From Thermoplasmata archaeon (GTDB taxonomy: Archaea; Thermoplasmatota; Thermoplasmata; RBG-16-68-12; JAGMCJ01): a DNA stretch of 64,000 bases. The notes under the pieces are model-generated. The model was not told where the DNA came from and did not search any database. It was given only the letters and a program-made list of their open reading frames with translations. How positions within the stretch are numbered: position 1 is the first letter of the stretch; each line of letters begins with the position of its first letter. The position numbers and the translations under genes are program-made. Shown one piece after another: positions 34,890 through 43,935 of the stretch. The DNA lies in NCBI GenBank assembly GCA_046761045.1, contig JBHIFJ010000003.1:4835-68834 (forward strand), written 5' to 3'.

Positions 34890-35936
34890 TTAGCCTCTCC
34901 TTCTTCTTCCGCGCCCCTTTGGCTTTGGAGCCTCCTTTCGACTCTGTTTTATTTGTCCTAGTGTCTCTTCCAAGGCCTTTCTGAGCTCCGGGGCGATCAG
35001 TCTTCCCGAGTAGAAGTCCGCTCTTGCGGCAATGCATATTTTCCCCGCGTACGCTCTGGCAATGGCCCCTCGTTGCCAGTACGGAGAACGATGGACGTCG
35101 GGATGCTGAAACAAAACACCATGCTTCGGAGGTTTCGTCTTGCTTTTCAGATGCCTGAATAGAGCTTTCTCGGCTCCGAGCAGTTGGATGGTTCCGGAGG
35201 GCATTCTTGCCAATCGCCCGAGACCACCGGCCAGATCGATAAGCCTGGCACCTATGATGGGTCCAGCGATCTCGGCGACATTCGGTGCAAACGATCTCAT
35301 CTCGCTCTCGATGTATTTCTGGATGGAATCCTTGCTCGACTTGGCCTCCGCTATGAGACTCGCTAGTTCCGAGACAGTCTGCTCATCTTCAGGAGTTAGG
35401 TCAGATCCAATAGATTCCACATCGCTCATCTCCGGGATGTTCTTCCTGCCACCATGTTCAGAAATCAGCCGGATGAACGTGTCACTGTCGACGATCTTCT
35501 CCAGCTCGGGAAAGTGGAGCCCATACCACTCTCGGAGCCTGCCATGGAGGATGTTTACTGCCTTTTCCAGATCGTCCAGGGCATTGATCGCCTGCGAGAT
35601 GTGACTGTCTCTTCCCACGGTCTTGGCCATTCTCTCCCTGGCCACCAGGATCATGGCCTCGTGGAGCAATTCCCGCCCGAAATCGTAGTCTTCTGGCGGT
35701 ATGAAGGGAAGCTCGATATCTATCATGACCCCTCCAATCTTCTCCAGTCTGCTCTCCACGGCGAAGAATTCATCGAGGTCCTTGACAAGCTCCTTCTCCT
35801 CCGCTAGGATTCTGAAATCTCCTACCCTCTTCATTCTTGCCGCAATCTCCCTCGCGTTCTTTGGGAATGTCTTGTGTCTCACTATCCTATCCCCATCGAG
35901 GAGGAAAGAGCCAAACCAGGTCGTGAGAAGAATCAA
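34890..35936 (-). CDS. Nop5 (Nop56/58) C/D-box RNP core protein
   Basis: The 348-aa product has the NOP-domain blocks LREWYGLHFPEL, GPIIGARLI, LLGAEKALFRHL and PKHGVLFQHP, and a basic tail. Confidence 0.85.
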   Translation of the reverse strand: MILLTTWFGSFLLDGDRIVRHKTFPKNAREIAARMKRVGDFRILAEEKELVKDLDEFFAVESRLEKIGGVMIDIELPFIPPEDYDFGRELLHEAMILVARERMAKTVGRDSHISQAINALDDLEKAVNILHGRLREWYGLHFPELEKIVDSDTFIRLISEHGGRKNIPEMSDVESIGSDLTPEDEQTVSELASLIAEAKSSKDSIQKYIESEMRSFAPNVAEIAGPIIGARLIDLAGGLGRLARMPSGTIQLLGAEKALFRHLKSKTKPPKHGVLFQHPDVHRSPYWQRGAIARAYAGKICIAARADFYSGRLIAPELRKALEETLGQIKQSRKEAPKPKGRGRRRRG

Positions 35937-35959
35937 TTCACTTCCCCCGAAGGCGGACG

Positions 35960-36472
35960 CTAGGTGAATTCGACCTCAAAGTGATCGCCTTTTGGGACTA
36001 TCGTTATGATATTTCGATGGGCAAGGTATTCAACAGCCCTTTCAACTTCGTCTGGCTCTATATTCGTGGCCTCGGACACCTTGTGTGTGAGATATCTCAT
36101 ATGGTCCTCAACAGGAAGAAAGAAGTGACCAGCGATCTTGAGCTTTGTGTGAATGAACTGGCCAACCCGCAACTCAGTGGTCGAGTAGTATGCCTCCTTC
36201 CCGGTGTGAAGGAATTCCCCCTTGTAGGCATTGCACTCCGGGCATCTGTATCGTGGGATGTCCGTCTCATCCGTTACAAGGATCAGATCGCCTCTTCCGC
36301 ACCGCTCGCATCGCAGGTTGACAAGTGGCTCCTTCACGGTCTTCACATCGAGAACTGAGGGGTTGTCCGACAGTAGGGCAATGTCCGTCCCGCATCTCGG
36401 GCAGGCCGTTTCATCCTCTAACCTACAGTCGCAAATGGGACACCTTGTCATTGAACCCCAATCGGCACTCAC
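35960..36472 (-). CDS. Double zinc-ribbon protein with an uncharacterised C-terminal domain
   Basis: The 170-aa product carries CPICDC..CPRC and CERC..CPEC. Confidence 0.5.
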   Translation of the reverse strand: MSADWGSMTRCPICDCRLEDETACPRCGTDIALLSDNPSVLDVKTVKEPLVNLRCERCGRGDLILVTDETDIPRYRCPECNAYKGEFLHTGKEAYYSTTELRVGQFIHTKLKIAGHFFLPVEDHMRYLTHKVSEATNIEPDEVERAVEYLAHRNIITIVPKGDHFEVEFT

Positions 36473-36502
36473 ATTATAGAAGTTTCCGAGCCGAGAAGCT
36501 CG

Positions 36503-37471
36503 CTATTCAGCGAGACCCTTGATCTCGTAGGTCTTGTGTATGCCCCGCTCCGTTATTATGCTCGTGATCAGATCCGCACGCGTGATATCGAAGGCGGGGT
36601 TTCTTGCCTTGGTGCCTTCTGGAGCTATCCTTGTTCCGCCAACTTCCAGAACCTCCTCCTCGCCTCTTTCTTCGATGGGGATGCTCTGTCCGTCGGCGAG
36701 GGAGAAGTCTATGGTGGTCGTTGGTGCCGCCACATAGAACCTCACCGCGTTGTCCTTTGCGATGAGCGCCTTCTCGTACGTGCCTATCTTGTTTGCGACA
36801 TCGCCGTTTGCCGCTATTCTGTCTGCGCCGACTATGACAATATCGATTTCGCCAGACTGCATCAGGCGTCCTGCCGCGTTGTCCACGATTATTGCGTGGT
36901 CTATGCCCTCGTTTTTCAGCTCCCAAGCTGTGAGCTTTGCTCCCTGCAATCTCGGGCGAGTCTCGTCCACATACACGAAGATATTCTTCCCGCTCTTGTG
37001 TGCTTCTCGCATGGGTGCCAGGGCAGTCCCGTAGTCCACGGTTGCCAATGCCCCAGCATTGCAGTGGGTCAGAATGGAATCTCCACTGCGGATGATTTCA
37101 TCGCCATTGCGTCCGATTCTGCTGCACATCTCTGCGATTTGGGATGCGTATTCTTTGGCCGCCTTGACTGCTGGTGTGCCTTTCTCAATCTCCTTCATGA
37201 CATGGTCAATGGCATGGAAGAGATCGTGTGCGGTGGGTCGGGTTTTCCTCAGCCGTGCAGCTGCTTCGTCCAAGGGCTCCTTTCTCACGGCCGCGAGAGC
37301 GACACCGTACGCTGCAGTGGCCCCGATCGCTGGAGCTCCCCTCACGACCATGGTCTCAATCGCCCTGGCGACCTCCTCGACGGTTCTTGCCCGATAGAAC
37401 TTGACCTCATATGGCAGGAGATTCTGGTCGATCAGCCAGACATTGTCATCGTGCATCCACACTGTCTTCAA
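36503..37471 (-). CDS. mtnA: Methylthioribose-1-phosphate isomerase / eIF-2B-related family
   Basis: The 322-aa product has the N-terminal pattern LIDQNLLPYEV...VRGAPAIGATAAYG and CNAGALATVDYGTAL, both typical of MtnA-type isomerases. Confidence 0.75.
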   Translation of the reverse strand: MKTVWMHDDNVWLIDQNLLPYEVKFYRARTVEEVARAIETMVVRGAPAIGATAAYGVALAAVRKEPLDEAAARLRKTRPTAHDLFHAIDHVMKEIEKGTPAVKAAKEYASQIAEMCSRIGRNGDEIIRSGDSILTHCNAGALATVDYGTALAPMREAHKSGKNIFVYVDETRPRLQGAKLTAWELKNEGIDHAIIVDNAAGRLMQSGEIDIVIVGADRIAANGDVANKIGTYEKALIAKDNAVRFYVAAPTTTIDFSLADGQSIPIEERGEEEVLEVGGTRIAPEGTKARNPAFDITRADLITSIITERGIHKTYEIKGLAE

Positions 37472-37508
37472 GTCGCGGACATCCCCGTCAACGACGACCC
37501 TCAGGATA

Positions 37509-37736
37509 TCACCTCTTCTTCAGCGAACTCAAGAGGTCGGACAGGCGAGGGGGCTCGAGTTCCTTCTTCATGTCGCTTTCCAGAGAGTCATAGTATGATA
37601 TCTGGCCCTCCACTCTGGCGAGCTCCTTGAGGATGTCATCCTCCTCCTCCGACAATCTCCGGAGCTCCTCTTCAAGCTCTTTCCGCCTGAACCTCCACCG
37701 CTCGTACTCCTGTTGCAGTGCGTCGAGCTCCTTCAT
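37509..37736 (-). CDS. Small acidic coiled-coil protein
   Basis: The 75-aa product is heptad-rich. It lies 3 nt downstream of the preceding small ORF. Confidence 0.45.
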   Translation of the reverse strand: MKELDALQQEYERWRFRRKELEEELRRLSEEEDDILKELARVEGQISYYDSLESDMKKELEPPRLSDLLSSLKKR

Positions 37737-37739
37737 TCT

Positions 37740-37991
37740 TCACCTCATCGACTCGATTCTCACCATTGAAATCTCTCGAGGGACCGCCGCCTCCTTGACC
37801 GAGGCCATCACCCTGTCGAAACGCACCAATTGCCTGTTCACATTCTCAAGCTCTTTCAGAACGACCCTCTTCTTCCTCCTCACCCTCTCCAGCTTGGTCT
37901 GAAGGAAGTCCTTTCTTCTCTTCCACTTCCTCTGCTCCTCGAGAGTCATCAGGACGTTTCTCAGTGGCATCGTTTTTCTCGGTCCAATCAC
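37740..37991 (-). CDS. Small basic coiled-coil protein
   Basis: The track ORF is 83 aa. A likely ATG (MPLRNVL...) lies at 37970. A TTTTATAT box is present upstream on the reverse strand near 38010. Confidence 0.4.
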   Translation of the reverse strand: MIGPRKTMPLRNVLMTLEEQRKWKRRKDFLQTKLERVRRKKRVVLKELENVNRQLVRFDRVMASVKEAAVPREISMVRIESMR

Positions 37992-38271
37992 AGTACCGGA
38001 TATAAAAGGATACCGCCAAGCCCTCTTGGTGATGTAGAATGAATGGTTGATGGTGTCCTTTCGTCCCTTCTCTTGGAAACTTCAAAGTGATGCTGGCTTT
38101 CTTGACTCACAATTCCAGAAAGGACTCTTTTTGGTCATTTAGACCAACGATTCTACATCACCAGCCCTCTTGCCCCAACCGTACTGTCATCCGATCAATG
38201 GGCGTGGATGGACTGACTTGAGGAGGGCAGCTCCGAGGGTCCAGTAGCCGGAGGGTCGGGCAAATCCATCT

Positions 38272-38925
38272 CTACGCCCCGCCGCCAACGACATCGTCGG
38301 TGAGGCATATCTCAGCAAACGCGTATGCCAGATTCAGTAGGGTTCCCACATGCATATCTTCCGAGACGCTGGCCGTCGCGTCCGCCACGAACCTGACCCA
38401 GAGGTCTCGAAAGAACGCATCCCTGGCGGTCGATTCGCAACAGATGTTTGTCATCACGCCGCAGATGACCACCTCCCTGATTCGTCTTGATCGCAGAATC
38501 GTGTCCAGCCCAGTGCCGTAGAACGCACTGTACCGATTCTTGTGTATGACCGAATCCTCGGGTCTCGGAGCGATGGATTCGTGGATGTTGGCCTCGTCCG
38601 TATCCTCTATGCAATGGTCATCCCACCACTCCCCCAGAATGCCGAGGTCGGAGCCATCTGGCCGGTGGATGTGAGCAGTGTAAATGACGGGTCTCCCCTC
38701 GTCATGGTAGTGGTCTATGAGCCTCTTCACATTCGGAAGTATCGCATTCCCTGCGTCCTCTAGTGACGGGACTCTCGACCCGATGAAGAACTTCTGCATG
38801 TCTATGACAAGGAGTGCGGAGCCCTCCATGCCAACAGGCGATCTGTGAACGTTGAACTTGCCGATTCTCCTCATCCATTCTTTCGACTTCCTTCTGAGAT
38901 TCTCTGGGGTGACCCTATCTCTCAT
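38272..38925 (-). CDS. Isochorismatase-family cysteine hydrolase
   Basis: The 217-aa product has ALLVIDMQ, a catalytic-type Cys in VICGVMTNICCEST, and K/D positions consistent with the family. Confidence 0.75.
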   Translation of the reverse strand: MRDRVTPENLRRKSKEWMRRIGKFNVHRSPVGMEGSALLVIDMQKFFIGSRVPSLEDAGNAILPNVKRLIDHYHDEGRPVIYTAHIHRPDGSDLGILGEWWDDHCIEDTDEANIHESIAPRPEDSVIHKNRYSAFYGTGLDTILRSRRIREVVICGVMTNICCESTARDAFFRDLWVRFVADATASVSEDMHVGTLLNLAYAFAEICLTDDVVGGGA

Positions 38926-39092
38926 GGTTCGCGCCTGTCATCAACTCTCTGCCTGAAGTCTTCTGTGAATGAGGGAGTTGCGGTCATGTCTTCCATCCCG
39001 CGTCCAGGCATAGCAAGGCCTTTCCGCAGGGTTCATGCGAATTCATGATGAATCGCTGACGGAACAAGCACCAGTGTTGGGTCCCCAAGCAG

Positions 39093-39908
39093 CTACCTGG
39101 GCTTCTTCACGATTATGGAGTTCGCCAGGATTGAGTTGGGTATGGTTACCTGCTCGCCCTTGTCGGTCTTGAGTATGGTCCCGTACCTGCCTACAAGCAG
39201 CACAACCCCGCTGTGCTCATTCACCATTATTTGGTCTCCGACCTTGAGGGCCTTTGACACCGACGCATATGCGCTGACGTTTGCCGCGACCTCCTTGCCG
39301 CCTATTCCGAAGGATATCGCCAAGGCCAGGCCGAGAGCGCCAATAAGCACTGTGAAGGTCCAGACGAGTAGAGTTGTATCCACACCGATCAGCCCGAGGG
39401 CCATGACCACCGCGATGAATATGACGAGCCACTTGACCAAGGTTGCCGTGGTCTCAGCCGTCAAGGGAACATCTGCCTCCTTCATTGGTTGCTCAATCCG
39501 CTTGGAGAGCCAGGTCCCAAGCCAGAGACCGCCCAGGGCCACAAGCACGGCTCCAAAGACCCTCGGAAGGTACTCGATGATCAGCGTCACGAACTGGGCA
39601 ATCACGTCGAACTTGAGGAAGTTCAAAGCCATGGCGATGAAGAACAGGAATACGAACCAGAACACGAGCAGGCCTAGTATGTCTGGCAATCCTCTGAAGC
39701 CAACGCTCCTCACGGTTTCCACGAGTCCGGTCTCCCTAAAGAGCTCGTCAAACCTCAGCCGATATAGAAGCTTGACCACCAGCCACTTCACGACCTTGGA
39801 TACAATGTAGCCGATGATCAGGATCGCTATGGCGAAGATCAGTCCGATTATGACGAACTCCCATAGCCACAATGTTCCTTCCCACAACCACTGTATGAAA
39901 TCAACCAT
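39093..39908 (-). CDS. MscS-like mechanosensitive channel family protein
   Basis: The 271-aa product has several TM helices followed by the beta-domain pattern VGDQIMVNEHSGVVLLVGRYGTILKTDKGEQVTIPNS. Confidence 0.55.
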   Translation of the reverse strand: MVDFIQWLWEGTLWLWEFVIIGLIFAIAILIIGYIVSKVVKWLVVKLLYRLRFDELFRETGLVETVRSVGFRGLPDILGLLVFWFVFLFFIAMALNFLKFDVIAQFVTLIIEYLPRVFGAVLVALGGLWLGTWLSKRIEQPMKEADVPLTAETTATLVKWLVIFIAVVMALGLIGVDTTLLVWTFTVLIGALGLALAISFGIGGKEVAANVSAYASVSKALKVGDQIMVNEHSGVVLLVGRYGTILKTDKGEQVTIPNSILANSIIVKKPR

Positions 39909-39998
39909 TCTCTCATCTCCTCATAGGCACATCCCAGGATACTAGGGGATGCCATTACTTCCGCTCTAATAAACGTTTCTGAAGAACCGACTGGCTGC

Positions 39999-40178
39999 CT
40001 AATCAGTGAGGACTATGGCACCCCTCGGACATTCCTCAGCGCAGACCGCGCATCCCTCGCACTTATCGTCATTCAGGATTGCCTTCACCGCCACGATTCT
40101 TATCGCACCCTTCGGGCAGACCTTGGCGCAGAAACCGCAGCCGCCAAAACAGAGGGCATCAACAATCCTCGCCTTCAA
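39999..40178 (-). CDS. Small 2x[4Fe-4S] ferredoxin (59 aa, non-ATG start)
   Basis: This ORF is too short for the ORF track. The reverse strand encodes (L)KARIVDALCFGGCGFCAKVCPKGAIRIVAVKAILNDDKCEGCAVCAEECPRGAIVLTD-stop. The only in-frame start after the upstream TAA is TTG at 40178. Confidence 0.6.
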   Translation of the reverse strand: MKARIVDALCFGGCGFCAKVCPKGAIRIVAVKAILNDDKCEGCAVCAEECPRGAIVLTD

Positions 40179-40199
40179 GGATAAGTCCCCGTATCGTGC

Positions 40200-40382
40200 T
40201 TATGCTCTACCTCTCTCGAGGTCCTGTTTCCTCTGCCTCAGCTCTTCAATCTCTTCCTCGGTTCCCTCAATCGCCATGAGCATCTCGGGCTTCACTGAAT
40301 GTGCTGGAAGGCTTCTTCGGAGTTCCTCCAGCTTCAGGGTGAGATCTCTTATTCTAGCCTCGATTTCGTCTGCGTCGTCCAA
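40200..40382 (-). CDS. Small coiled-coil protein (60 aa)
   Basis: The TTG start lies about 30 nt after a GCTATATCT box. The product is charged and helical. The ferredoxin ORF follows 21 nt after its stop codon. Confidence 0.4.
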   Translation of the reverse strand: MDDADEIEARIRDLTLKLEELRRSLPAHSVKPEMLMAIEGTEEEIEELRQRKQDLERGRA

Positions 40383-40473
40383 CAGAAGTCCTATCGAAAG
40401 CCAATTAGATATAGCTTTTCAACGGCGTCCTCCGTTACCTTTAAGAAATCCACTCGCCTTTTGCGATGTGGAA

Positions 40474-40546
40474 GGGCTCATGGTCTAGCGGTTATGACGT
40501 CTCTCTCACACGGAGAAGGTCGCCGGTTCGAATCCGGCTGAGCCCA
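40474..40546 (+). tRNA. tRNA-Val (anticodon CAC)
   Basis: The acceptor stem is GGGCTCA/TGAGCCC. The anticodon stem is TCTCT/GGAGA with loop CTCACAC, the T-arm is GCCGG-TTCGAAT-CCGGC, and the discriminator is A. Confidence 0.9.
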
Positions 40547-40681
40547 TGCAAAAGCATTGCTGCTTCTAGAAATGGAGTCCTCGGGATTCGATGGAACTTC
40601 TTGCCGCAACTCAAATTCATCGTATCGACTTGGGCGATGGCGCTAGCTGTCAAGAGAGAATAGAGCGAGGAGGTCTCTCCT

Positions 40682-41068
40682 CTATGTGAACTCGTTCTTG
40701 GATATCGCTACCAGAATCAGGCCGATGAGGCCAAAGATGAAGAACCCGAACAGCAGTGAGAATATGCCGCCCACTATTGCGAGGCCGAAGTGCTTCCTCT
40801 GCATGGCGAATACACCACCCAATATCCCTATCAGGCTGAGCAATATCCATATGATCCCGCATATGGCGAAGATGCCGCCAAGGTCGAAACCAACCGTTGG
40901 GATTGGCAGGAACAGTGAACCTGCCCATATCATCATCGCTCCGCCTATGATTCCAGCTAGCGCACCAATTATTATGAGGATACCACCGATAACGGGCTTG
41001 GCTGTCTTCTCCACAACTGGGCCCGCAGGATACGGTGGTGGTCCTGCGGTTTCTTGCATCATGTCCAT
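40682..41068 (-). CDS. Small polytopic membrane protein
   Basis: The 128-aa product has a Pro-rich N-terminus and three to four Gly/Ile-rich helices. Confidence 0.5.
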   Translation of the reverse strand: MDMMQETAGPPPYPAGPVVEKTAKPVIGGILIIIGALAGIIGGAMMIWAGSLFLPIPTVGFDLGGIFAICGIIWILLSLIGILGGVFAMQRKHFGLAIVGGIFSLLFGFFIFGLIGLILVAISKNEFT

Positions 41069-41227
41069 CCCGAGGCGGGATTATTCTCCATCTATTTTAT
41101 TGTTTTCCCATTATTCAATAGAACTCGCCGATTCAACATGCAGAACGAACATCCAGTTCCTGCAGCGGGGAATGGCCGCTGGCACATCCTTCCTCGTGCG
41201 AATCTGGGCGTCCAGGCGGGAATGCAG

Positions 41228-41731
41228 CTAGATCTGGTTCAGGAAGTAGTCCTGATCCACTATCTCATAGACATTGGACCCCTTCTTCCACGGACGCAAC
41301 TTCCTCATCCGTGCGAGCGTTGCCAGGGATGCAGCTATGTTCTGGGGCCTCACGTACTTCGACTTGATGGACCTCGGCCTCACGTACCTCAGATTCTCGT
41401 TCCTCTCCAGGGCCGTCTTGATTCTCCTGGAGACGTACAAAAGATTGGCCTCCAGCGGATCCGGATAGTTCTCGTCTCTGAGCCTGAATCTTCTATCCTT
41501 GCCATCGAACTCGATGTGCCCGAGCTTGAGGAGCACAAAGGGGTAACCGCTCAGATAGTCCTCTCCTCTGAACACCTCATGACGCGCCTCCTCGAGGATG
41601 TCGGCAAGTCCGTCGATGACATCTATGGATTCGTTCGCCTTTTCGATTATTCTGTCTACGAAGATGACCAGGCGTCGCCTGTACTCCTTGCTGAACTTGC
41701 CAGTCCTTCGGAAAGTCTTGCCCAACGTCAT
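41228..41731 (-). CDS. Hypothetical protein
   Basis: The 167-aa ORF has normal amino-acid composition and no recognisable motif. Confidence 0.4.
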   Translation of the reverse strand: MTLGKTFRRTGKFSKEYRRRLVIFVDRIIEKANESIDVIDGLADILEEARHEVFRGEDYLSGYPFVLLKLGHIEFDGKDRRFRLRDENYPDPLEANLLYVSRRIKTALERNENLRYVRPRSIKSKYVRPQNIAASLATLARMRKLRPWKKGSNVYEIVDQDYFLNQI

Positions 41732-41904
41732 TGAATTCCTTCTCTGCCGCTAGCCTCCTCATTTCTGTGATTGTTTGCCAGAATAAATATGTTTGTCAAG
41801 TCCCTCGGAGGCAAAGTGGCTTCAATGTCCTCGTCATCATGTTGAAGTCCATCCACCAGCCAAGGAGGATATTCATTGAAAGCGGGCGTGAGCAGGACAT
41901 AGAG

Positions 41905-42417
41905 ATGATGTCGGAGATGTCTCGCGAGGACCTCATCGAGCTTGTCTTCCTCCATATGAGGAACCTCTACGCGGTCGATGGGCTGTACTTCTTGGGCATT
42001 GAGGAACGGTATGGCACTTCGATCGCCACCGAGATTGATGCCTATGTGTGGAGGCGGATGGGAACGATTGAGGCGAGGAGACTGAAGAAGAGGCTCAATC
42101 TTCAGGGAAACGATGTCAAGAGCCTGATGAAGGCATTGAGGCTGACCAGCTGGGCGCTGGACATAGAGGACAAGGAGGTCGAGGTGCTGGAGAATCGTGG
42201 TCTCATCAGGAACACGAATTGTCGCGTCCAGACAACAAGGGCAAGAAAGGGATTGGAGGAGTTCCCGTGCAAGGAGGTCAGAATGGGCTTTATGGAGTCT
42301 TTTGCCAAGGAATTCAACCCTGACATCGAGGTCAAGTGCATCGTCTGCCCACCGGACGAACATCCTGAGGGTCTGTGGTGCGAATGGGAGTTCTCAAATG
42401 AGGGGAGTGATGACTAG
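41905..42417 (+). CDS. Hypothetical cytosolic Cys-containing protein
   Basis: I place the start at ATG 41905 (MMSEMSRED...). A C-terminal Cys pattern is present (NCRV..FPCK..CIVCPP..WCEW). The family is not recognised with confidence. Confidence 0.45.
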   Translation: MMSEMSREDLIELVFLHMRNLYAVDGLYFLGIEERYGTSIATEIDAYVWRRMGTIEARRLKKRLNLQGNDVKSLMKALRLTSWALDIEDKEVEVLENRGLIRNTNCRVQTTRARKGLEEFPCKEVRMGFMESFAKEFNPDIEVKCIVCPPDEHPEGLWCEWEFSNEGSDD

Positions 42418-42426
42418 CCTTCCGTC

Positions 42427-43635
42427 GTGATTCTCCCCACTGCATTATTGCCTGTTTCAGCACCGGCGGATAATCCTCTCCAGGTGAATCTATCTGCGAT
42501 TGTGTGCGGGGCGTCCTGTCACCAGGGAGAGCATCATCCCTACTATGATGAGTGGAGACTGAGCGGCCACGCAGACTCATTGGACAATCTCAGGTTCGCC
42601 ATCGGAGCGGCGGAGGATTCTTGCCTTGAGTGTCATTCTGCCGACTACATCCTCGCCAACGCCTCAAGCAAGCCTGCGCTCGAGACCGCCAAGTACGGAA
42701 TCACATGTGCGCTTTGCCATGACCCGCACAACGCACAGAATCCGAGACAACTCCGCTGGCCTTCTGACGAACTTTGTGCGAAGTGTCACAACCCGGAGGG
42801 AGCGCTTCCCGGAGATCCGATATATCACCCCCAATCATCGATGAGGGATGGCAGAAGCGGAGCTCCCATTCTGGGCGAACCCTTCATGCCGGACGTTGAG
42901 TGCGCTGATTGTCACATGTACCAGCCTAACATCACAGGACACAGTTTCAGACCGAAGGCTGAGGCCTGCGTCGGATGCCACAGCAACTACTCGATCGAAA
43001 CTGCAGAGACCCAGATTAGTGACTGGGGAACCCAGACGTGGACGGTGATTGTTGAAGTCCACGAGACAGTTGTGCTTTCCGAAAGAGCGATTGAGGATGC
43101 CCCAGGCTACGGGTTCTCAGACAGTACCATAGACATTGCCGTGGACCTCTGCAATGAGGCGAACTACTCGTTATCCTTCGTCGTCGCTGATGGTAGCGGC
43201 GGTGCCCATAATCCCGCCTTTGCTAGTGCGCTCCTGAACTTCTCTGAGGATAGAAGCTATGAACTCATTGCACTTCTTACTCCAGGAACTGTGAGAGGCA
43301 GAGTCGTCGATGCCGCCGGCACTCCAGTCGAGGGCGTCCTTATTGAAAAGGACGGAAAAGTGTGGGGGACATCAGAGGACAACGGAACATTCGAGTTCAG
43401 GTTTGCCCCCGGTACCCATTCTTTTGACCTGAAGCTAAAAGGGTCCTCTGTTGGAAGCATGGATTCAGTCGTTGTCGGAGGCCAGGTGGCAAACGTTGGT
43501 GACATCGTTGCGACAGGTGAGGATTTGGGGGCTCTGATCCTCCTGGCCGTTGGCATCATCATCCTCCTGTCGACCATTGTTGTATACTTGCTTTTCAGAC
43601 TCAGGAAGTTGGGATCCCACAGAGAGGAGGACTAG
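42427..43635 (+). CDS. Membrane-anchored multihaem cytochrome c with a CarboxypepD_reg-like beta domain
   Basis: Five CxxCH motifs are present (CLECH, CALCH, CAKCH, CADCH, CVGCH) plus one CxxxCH (CGASCH). A VRGRVVDAAGTPVEGV...DNGTFEF domain and a C-terminal TM helix follow. The start is GTG and the N-terminal signal is weak. Confidence 0.8.
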   Translation: MILPTALLPVSAPADNPLQVNLSAIVCGASCHQGEHHPYYDEWRLSGHADSLDNLRFAIGAAEDSCLECHSADYILANASSKPALETAKYGITCALCHDPHNAQNPRQLRWPSDELCAKCHNPEGALPGDPIYHPQSSMRDGRSGAPILGEPFMPDVECADCHMYQPNITGHSFRPKAEACVGCHSNYSIETAETQISDWGTQTWTVIVEVHETVVLSERAIEDAPGYGFSDSTIDIAVDLCNEANYSLSFVVADGSGGAHNPAFASALLNFSEDRSYELIALLTPGTVRGRVVDAAGTPVEGVLIEKDGKVWGTSEDNGTFEFRFAPGTHSFDLKLKGSSVGSMDSVVVGGQVANVGDIVATGEDLGALILLAVGIIILLSTIVVYLLFRLRKLGSHREED

Positions 43636-43761
43636 ATCTCAGTCTATGGGAGAGGAACAAGCGATTCTGATCGCCCCGAAGACTTCGATTGACACATTCT
43701 GGGGAAATCGAAAGCCCAGCCGTAGTGGCGTCATTCAACCAAGAGGAGAAGGACGCGTCCT

Positions 43762-43902
43762 TCAGGCAAGGAACCAGATTACAGAGGAAACTACAATGAT
43801 GAGGAGAATGACCACCAGTCGGATGAGTATGCTCAGATTCTGGTTTATTGCCTCGATTCCCTCCACGATTACAAGGTCCTTGTCCAATCCCCTATGAGTC
43901 AT
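43762..43902 (-). CDS. Small tail-anchored membrane protein (46 aa)
   Basis: This ORF is too short for the ORF track. It encodes MTHRGLDKDLVIVEGIEAINQNLSILIRLVVILLIIVVSSVIWFLA. GAAGGTGA lies 7 nt upstream of the ATG, and the ORF sits just downstream of tatA. Confidence 0.35.
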   Translation of the reverse strand: MTHRGLDKDLVIVEGIEAINQNLSILIRLVVILLIIVVSSVIWFLA

Positions 43903-43935
43903 CTGCTATTCACCTTCCAGCTCTCGAGATTGTCG

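Noticed and set aside
36536-37630. A 364-aa forward-strand ORF covering the whole mtnA region.
   Set aside because: It is antisense to a gene with clear MtnA/eIF-2B-family motifs. Its translation is Cys/Arg/His-rich and low in complexity and has no motifs. It is a typical shadow ORF of a GC-rich gene.
39045-39059. ATGATGA followed by CTGA, considered as a C/D-box sRNA because nop5 is present in the window.
   Set aside because: The two boxes are only 4 nt apart, whereas a guide of about 12 nt is needed. No second C'/D' pair and no terminal stem are present.
40006-40488. A 160-aa forward ORF spanning the ferredoxin region and running into the tRNA-Val gene.
   Set aside because: It is antisense to two better-supported small genes and overlaps a tRNA. 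Its composition is Ser/Leu/Pro-rich and not protein-like.
20126-40546. Two same-strand tRNA-Val genes 20 kb apart, considered as the boundaries of a mobile island.
   Set aside because: The interval contains core housekeeping genes (rtcB, aIF5A, nop5, nnr, mtnA). It has no integrase and no repeat of a tRNA 3' end. The two tRNAs are different isoacceptors (UAC and CAC).
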